DNA of 64,000 nucleotides from the human T2T-CHM13v2.0 reference genome, Homo sapiens: NCBI GenBank assembly GCA_009914755.4, contig CP086569.2, positions 19,424,001 to 19,488,000 of the forward strand, read 5' to 3'. Shown piece by piece: positions 60,701 to 64,000 of this stretch (position 1 is its first letter; each line of letters starts with the position of its first letter). The notes under the pieces were generated by a model. It saw only the letters and a program-made list of their open reading frames with translations, ran no database searches and was not told where the DNA came from. The position numbers and the translations under genes were made by a program.

Positions 60701-63395
60701 AAGCCAAGTAGTAGAGCACACTTTTAGGATTCTACTAGCTCTGCTAGCAGAGCAAGTATTAATACAGAATAACCCTCTTCCCCTTTAACATCAAGTACGT
60801 CTCATCTAACTAGCACTTTGTTTTGCCTTCTCACATGCTCACTAGACATCATGCTCAACCTTCTCTTCCAGATCCACTTTCTCATGATACTGTTTTCTAA
60901 CTGGTCTTACTTGGATGCCAGCAAAATGCAGGCTTACCAGGATATCAAAGCAAAGAAAGAACAGGAACTACAATATATCCAGTTTCAGTAAAAGAAGTAA
61001 CTCAATTCTTACACACGAATGTTTGCCGGGGGGCTTTCAGTCAATGCATTTACAGCCCTGACAAATTATGAGACAGCTGCTCTGCATTACACATGAGTAT
61101 TCCACCAAACTAATGTAGACATTCAAACACCTCACTTTCTCTCTCAAGCTGCTGGGATGCAGCGCCTGGAATACCTTGCAGTGAGGAAATCTTTTTCTTT
61201 AGAGCAAATATTGGAAGTTTCATGTTAGCCATTTTAAAAGGCAACACTTTGACAAAATGACCTTTCACTCTTTGGAAACTGGGGGCACATTCACATTTAC
61301 TGCTAGAACATTTCTCCCAAAACACTCAGTGTAATATGTGGTACTCTTTGATATGGACTGGTGACATGCCGGCATCAAAAGATGAGACCATACATTTACA
61401 TGTACGTCATTTATTCTCAGTTAAGTGTTATCTACATAGGAAATAAACTGAAATTGTTGTGCAGTTTCAATTCTGACTGCTGACATTTATTAAACTTTGG
61501 CTCAAAGGTAGTGTGATTCGTCTCATGATTGACTTTTTGTACTAGCTTTCTCTCCCAAGTCCGTGTTCCATTAATTTCCTCAGCCAATAAGAAAATATTT
61601 TTCAATAATGCTAAAATTAGCTCCATTTGCTGACCCTACTACTAAAGAATCTGGATTCGGATTCATTGACAAGAATTCCAGAGGCACTTTTATCATAAGT
61701 TTTATTTCAACAAAATACTGATCCAGTTTTTATTATCCTCAAGAGTTAAATGTCAGCTCTGCCTTAAGGAGTATTTGGTATATACATTTTTCAGAATTTG
61801 TATCATAACCAGAGATGCAAATATCTTTAATAGAATTTTGTTCTGTATATTTTTTTTTAATTAAGAATTGTTACCTTACTCAAACGACCACCTTTTTAAA
61901 CCATTTTTCAGTGGTCTGTGTAAACAGTTTCATATCAATTATCTGAAACCTAATTTAAAATTGGCCACAGACATCTAACCTCCTACTGTTAACAGACTTG
62001 AAGATGTAGATAATTTAAATTAGGGTTGGCATTTCATTTTTTCTTACCTATATCTTAATTTCTTGGAATAATAAAGTTTGATGTTCCACAAGAAAACTAC
62101 TTAAGTCATTTTCAAAAGAAACTTGCCATCTGCATTACTGTGTTCCAGACATTAGGTGACTATAGGTACTGGGTGTTAGCAATGGTAAACTCCGTGCAGT
62201 TCTTTATGAAATGCTATATGTAACTGTTGGGTACATCAGTGCTTTCCAAATGGGTTGCTTAATATAGGATCCACTATGTATGTTTATGTTAAATGGTAAC
62301 TTGTGATTTGGCTGTTTCCTGGGTTTTAGAACACCACAATGCAGAAATATATTCAAAATTAACAAAAGTAAACTTTTATCTGGATGCTATTAAATTTGAA
62401 CATCAGGTATCATACATCAGCAGATCTTTTTTTTTTTTTTCTTTTTCTTTTTGTTACTCCATAAAAACACCTGTTTGGGATTTTTTCTTTTAACTGGGAG
62501 AAGCGCTCTTCTGTACAGAATGGCTATTCTAAAAATAGCTACGTGTTTTATTTTCCTCTTGCATGACAGATTTAACTATTCTTTCCAGCAATGGTGGTGC
62601 CTTCAGAGTCCAGTACTCCAGAAGAGTTAGTGTCTTGAGCCTAATTTTACATTTCTAATTCTGGTAGCTATTATCAGAAACTTTTGAAAGTTTTGTTTAT
62701 GTAGCCTAGTATTTTTAATGTAAAGAGAATTAAATTTTGCTATGTATAAATTTTTGTAACCTAACAGTGAATCCATACTTTCAATCAGTGTCAAAGGCTT
62801 CCTATAGTTCTACTCAAGTGTTACAATAAATAATTGTAGATAATAGTCAATATTTGTGTATGCTTAAAGATCTATATTGGTGAAAATAGTAGCGGATGTA
62901 GTAAGAGAAATGAAATAAAAGTATAGCTTCATTCACTTGCCTTTTTACCATATGTACATCCAATCTTTCTTTGTCCTCAGTGTGGTGTCACTTTGGAATA
63001 ATGTGCATAGTAAAGATTGCACATTGGTGTGGAAATCAAGTCCGTGAGCGCTACTTTGTTTATTTCTGGCAAAAATCTCTTCAGCAATTTAAGAAAATAT
63101 TATAGCCTATTGGGCTGTATTGGGCATAAAAGTGCCCCTAGCACTTCTGTGGTTTTCTGTAGAAAGTAATAGCTTTTCTGATTAGTTTTGAAATAAATAA
63201 ATGCCACCTACCTACGAGATTAACAAGGCTTGAACTTTTGCAAATTACAAACGATCAAGGCCTGTGTGTAGTTGTTTATTTTTCAAATCAAAGGTATAAA
63301 AATGGAAAGATTTACTCAGAAATATATAGAAAACCAGTTCTGTCACTCTCTAGAGTTGCAGAGCTAAATATGTTACTCAGAATTTTATTATATAA
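57722..63395 (+). repeat. Copy B of the intra-window direct duplication (paralog of 37848-45010). It carries a B-specific 2.7-kb block at 59445-62160 and lacks the ERVK and the 44.1-kb Alu found in A.
   Basis: Same alignment as given for copy A. The first 500 bp (57722-58230, called X) has TATAAA/AATAAAG-like motifs (tataaaataaagtcttcacc) and could be a retroviral LTR. The remaining roughly 2.5 kb of shared sequence is not LTR-like. Confidence 0.8.
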
Positions 63396-64000
63396 TCTGT
63401 TTGAACTCCTTATCTGTCAACATAATTCTGAATTTGGATTCTCTGCATCTGACCTTCCTTAGTGAGGCCTAGGATTTGTCACTACTGACACATGGCCACT
63501 CCTAATTGAGGTGCTGACTCTGGATCATCACCCTTTATTCTGGCATGACAGAAAAACCGTCAGCAGTTCAATTAGTGTGCTATCTGTCACACTGCTTACT
63601 GCCTATTGTTTAAGTAGCGTTTTGTGCAATTATTTGTCACATGAATAGATAGAGGAAACTGTAAATAATACACAGATGAGATCACAAGCACCTATAAATT
63701 ATCCATAGTGATTCTGCCACAAAATCTAGGACACTCTAGAGGTCTGAGTAGAGATTTTTTCCAGTTCTATGTTGTAAAAGCTAACTTTTAAAAAATAAAA
63801 ATGAGATCAATTGTAAAGGAGGAGCCCTGTTTTTAAAAACTAACGAAATACTTGAAGCCCATTCATTAAGTATGAGGACCAAAATTTCCACAATAAATAT
63901 GCCATCTCAGTATGTTCCTGATGCTATAACACAGTACCTTGGACTGGGTAACTTATGAAACTGGAAAGAAATAAATTTCTTACAGTTTTAGACACTGGGA

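Overview
This window is primate (human-type) nuclear DNA, not prokaryotic. It is AT-rich and built mostly from interspersed repeats, so it contains no operon-like or defence-type system. I found one intact protein-coding gene. Two coding exons (29275-29787 and 30266-30958, plus strand) are joined by a GT-AG intron and encode a 401-aa protein with an HSF-type DNA-binding domain. I recognise it as the Y-linked heat-shock factor HSFY (HSFY1 and HSFY2 cannot be told apart from this window). About 3.5 kb upstream is a disrupted fragment derived from the 3' end of USP9Y/USP9X, with in-frame stops. Together these make a Y-chromosome ampliconic origin likely (inference). The remaining sequence is mobile-element derived and includes:
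- at least 15 Alu elements, two of them with intact target-site duplications;
- a decayed full-length L1PA (about 3205-9736);
- a 5'-inverted, twin-primed L1 3' fragment;
- older L1 pieces;
- an internally deleted ERVK (HML-type) provirus on the minus strand with about 380-bp LTRs (38372-42036);
- an approximately 8-kb class I (gamma-like) ERV internal region on the minus strand with recognisable gag (PPPY), NC, protease, RT/RNase H, integrase and env TM remnants (about 49700-57721).
Features that no standard repeat call explains are: (i) a 2.85-kb array of highly degenerate TTAGGG-like hexamers (16283-19135) containing a 92-bp internal tandem duplication; (ii) an AT-rich region flanked by 21-bp inverted repeats (15550-15781); (iii) two direct paralogous segments inside the window (A 37848-45010, B 57722-63395; roughly 85-90% identity by eye) that differ by copy-specific insertions (the ERVK and two Alus in A, a 2.7-kb block in B) and whose left boundary in B coincides exactly with the end of the gamma-like ERV; (iv) a GC-richer block with periodic roughly 35-bp motifs (about 12.0-12.4 kb). 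Every coordinate and identity figure was read by eye from the sequence. I ran no database search.
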